Shown here piece by piece: positions 62,601 to 64,000 of a DNA stretch of 64,000 bases. Every line of letters begins with the position of its first letter. Within the stretch, counting starts at the first letter, position 1. Source of the DNA: Nemertoderma westbladi (lineage: Eukaryota; Animalia; Xenacoelomorpha). Where the stretch lies: contig JAUCBJ010000448.1 of the NCBI GenBank assembly GCA_032718475.1, positions 11,996-75,995 on the forward strand, given 5' to 3'. Below the pieces are notes generated by a model. It made no database searches and had not been told where the DNA came from. It was given only the letters and a program-made list of their open reading frames with translations. The position numbers and the translations under genes are program-made.

Positions 62601-63855
62601 GTGGGCGGGGTAGGTGGCAAACACTATTTATAGGGTGGAGGGAGGGGCTAGTATATTACTTTCAGGTATTTGATTTCTTTTCAATATAGTTTAGGTACCT
62701 CAGTCTTATTTATAATATATTATACATTATACCAAATTATATGAAGTTCTAATAAACTAGATTCTCCACCTGTAGGATAAATATACAATGTTGGGCTCAT
62801 AATATATTTGAAAAATCGATTTTAGTATTTATATTGTATAACAGATTGCTAATTGATATTATTATGGTACTATACTAAAGACGCTTTGATTATCTGATCA
62901 AAAGGCAAGTACTGGTATATTTTTTAATTCTCTAATCATTCTCTAAACTCTAAATCTCTAAAATCACTCTAAATCTAAGATAAGAAACATTTGCTTTACT
63001 TCTTGTTTGCTTGCGAGGTGATATTAATATATAATACCACAGTATAAAATCAAATGGGGTGAAACCCGTATTAACTGGAAAATGTTTCATTATTATTACA
63101 ATTGGCACATTGATGTAAGTAGTATTAATAAAGGATAAGTTAATAAAGGATAAGTTAATAAAGGATAAGTTAATTATTAATCCATATCTTCAACTTTGTC
63201 TATGACGTTGCATTAATAATAATGTTACTTTATAAATTAGGTCTAAAACCATCTTCTTTACCAAAAAATTATGATAACTTATAAGAGGACGGGGTTCGTG
63301 ATTACTTGTTATTATTATAAATTGCCCCCACTCGGCTTTAGAGAGTGCACCCTTGGTTGCTTACCGGATGTATGGACCACACACTGACAGGGAGGGTAAT
63401 GTCTGTAGGAGTACTCAAACCAACCCGGCCATTCTAACACAGCCAATCCAACACACTTACCTGAACTGGTTTCAGGATTTTTGAGGAGAGAGTAGAAGGG
63501 TATCTCGAGAACTAAGCATAAACCACCAATAAAATATTCATCGACCCCCCCCCCCCCCCCCTCCCCACCCAAATTAAATTCCAAGTATTTAAGTGAAACT
63601 TGCTGACTCGTGAACCTTAACAGTTCTAGCTTTCATGTAAATAATGTTACTTTATAAATTGGGGCCAAACCCACATACCCACACAAATATAAGCACCAAT
63701 TCACACCATAAATTGTACTCACCTACCTTATAATAAATTTTATTTTATTTTATTTTATTTGATAGAGGGTTATGATATTTTGTTTGTTTTGGGGTTGGGA
63801 ATTAAGTGCCCCCACTCGGCTATAGAGAGTACCTCTTGGTGGTTTCACTGGATGT
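59640..63855 (+). mobile_element. Non-autonomous unit, family C (4216 bp)
   Basis: Between junction cores 59632-59639 and 63848-63855. Almost identical to the preceding unit. Confidence 0.8.
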
Positions 63856-64000
63856 AGGGGCCCACCACCGGTCAGGTTGTACTGTTCCGGAGGAACTATA
63901 ACAAGAAGACCGGCCCCGTGATACATGCGTAGCACATGATCTAGTCTAATCCCGAACTGGGATTCTATAGATAGCCTTTTTGAGAGGAGAGAAGGTTATC
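63856..64000 (+). mobile_element. Start of a further family-C unit (truncated by window end)
   Basis: Identical to 59640 onward. Confidence 0.75.

Noticed and set aside
55427-63855. Near-identical adjacent 4.2-kb units as an assembly duplication
   Set aside because: Cannot be excluded for this pair, but the heterologous junctions elsewhere cannot arise that way, so the array model stands.

Overview
This is a eukaryotic (probably animal) repeat region with no recognisable host gene. The whole window is one head-to-tail array of related rolling-circle (Helitron-like) elements. Thirteen junctions share the same signal: a CACTC-N9-GAGTG hairpin, about 14-18 nt, then an invariant CTGGATGT. Eleven complete units are non-coding and fall into two size classes, 2.11-2.22 kb and 4.20-4.22 kb. 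One unit (22081-51230, 29,150 bp) has the same ends plus a ~25.5 kb internal block. That block encodes a three-exon, ~2,849-aa protein (Zn-knuckle, OTU protease, Cys/His-rich region, HUH Rep, Pif1-like helicase, C-terminal GIY-YIG nuclease) and a divergently oriented SGNH/GDSL hydrolase gene followed by a histone-mRNA-like stem-loop. Family identity switches exactly at CTGGATGT, and the first ~130 nt of each unit is divergent in sequence but conserved in predicted structure, with compensatory changes. The inferred system is a self-targeting helper/satellite rolling-circle element array. Unit boundaries are given at the last base of CTGGATGT; the true nick could be up to 8 nt earlier (for example CTGG|ATGT). 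No database searches were possible, so novelty is unverified.
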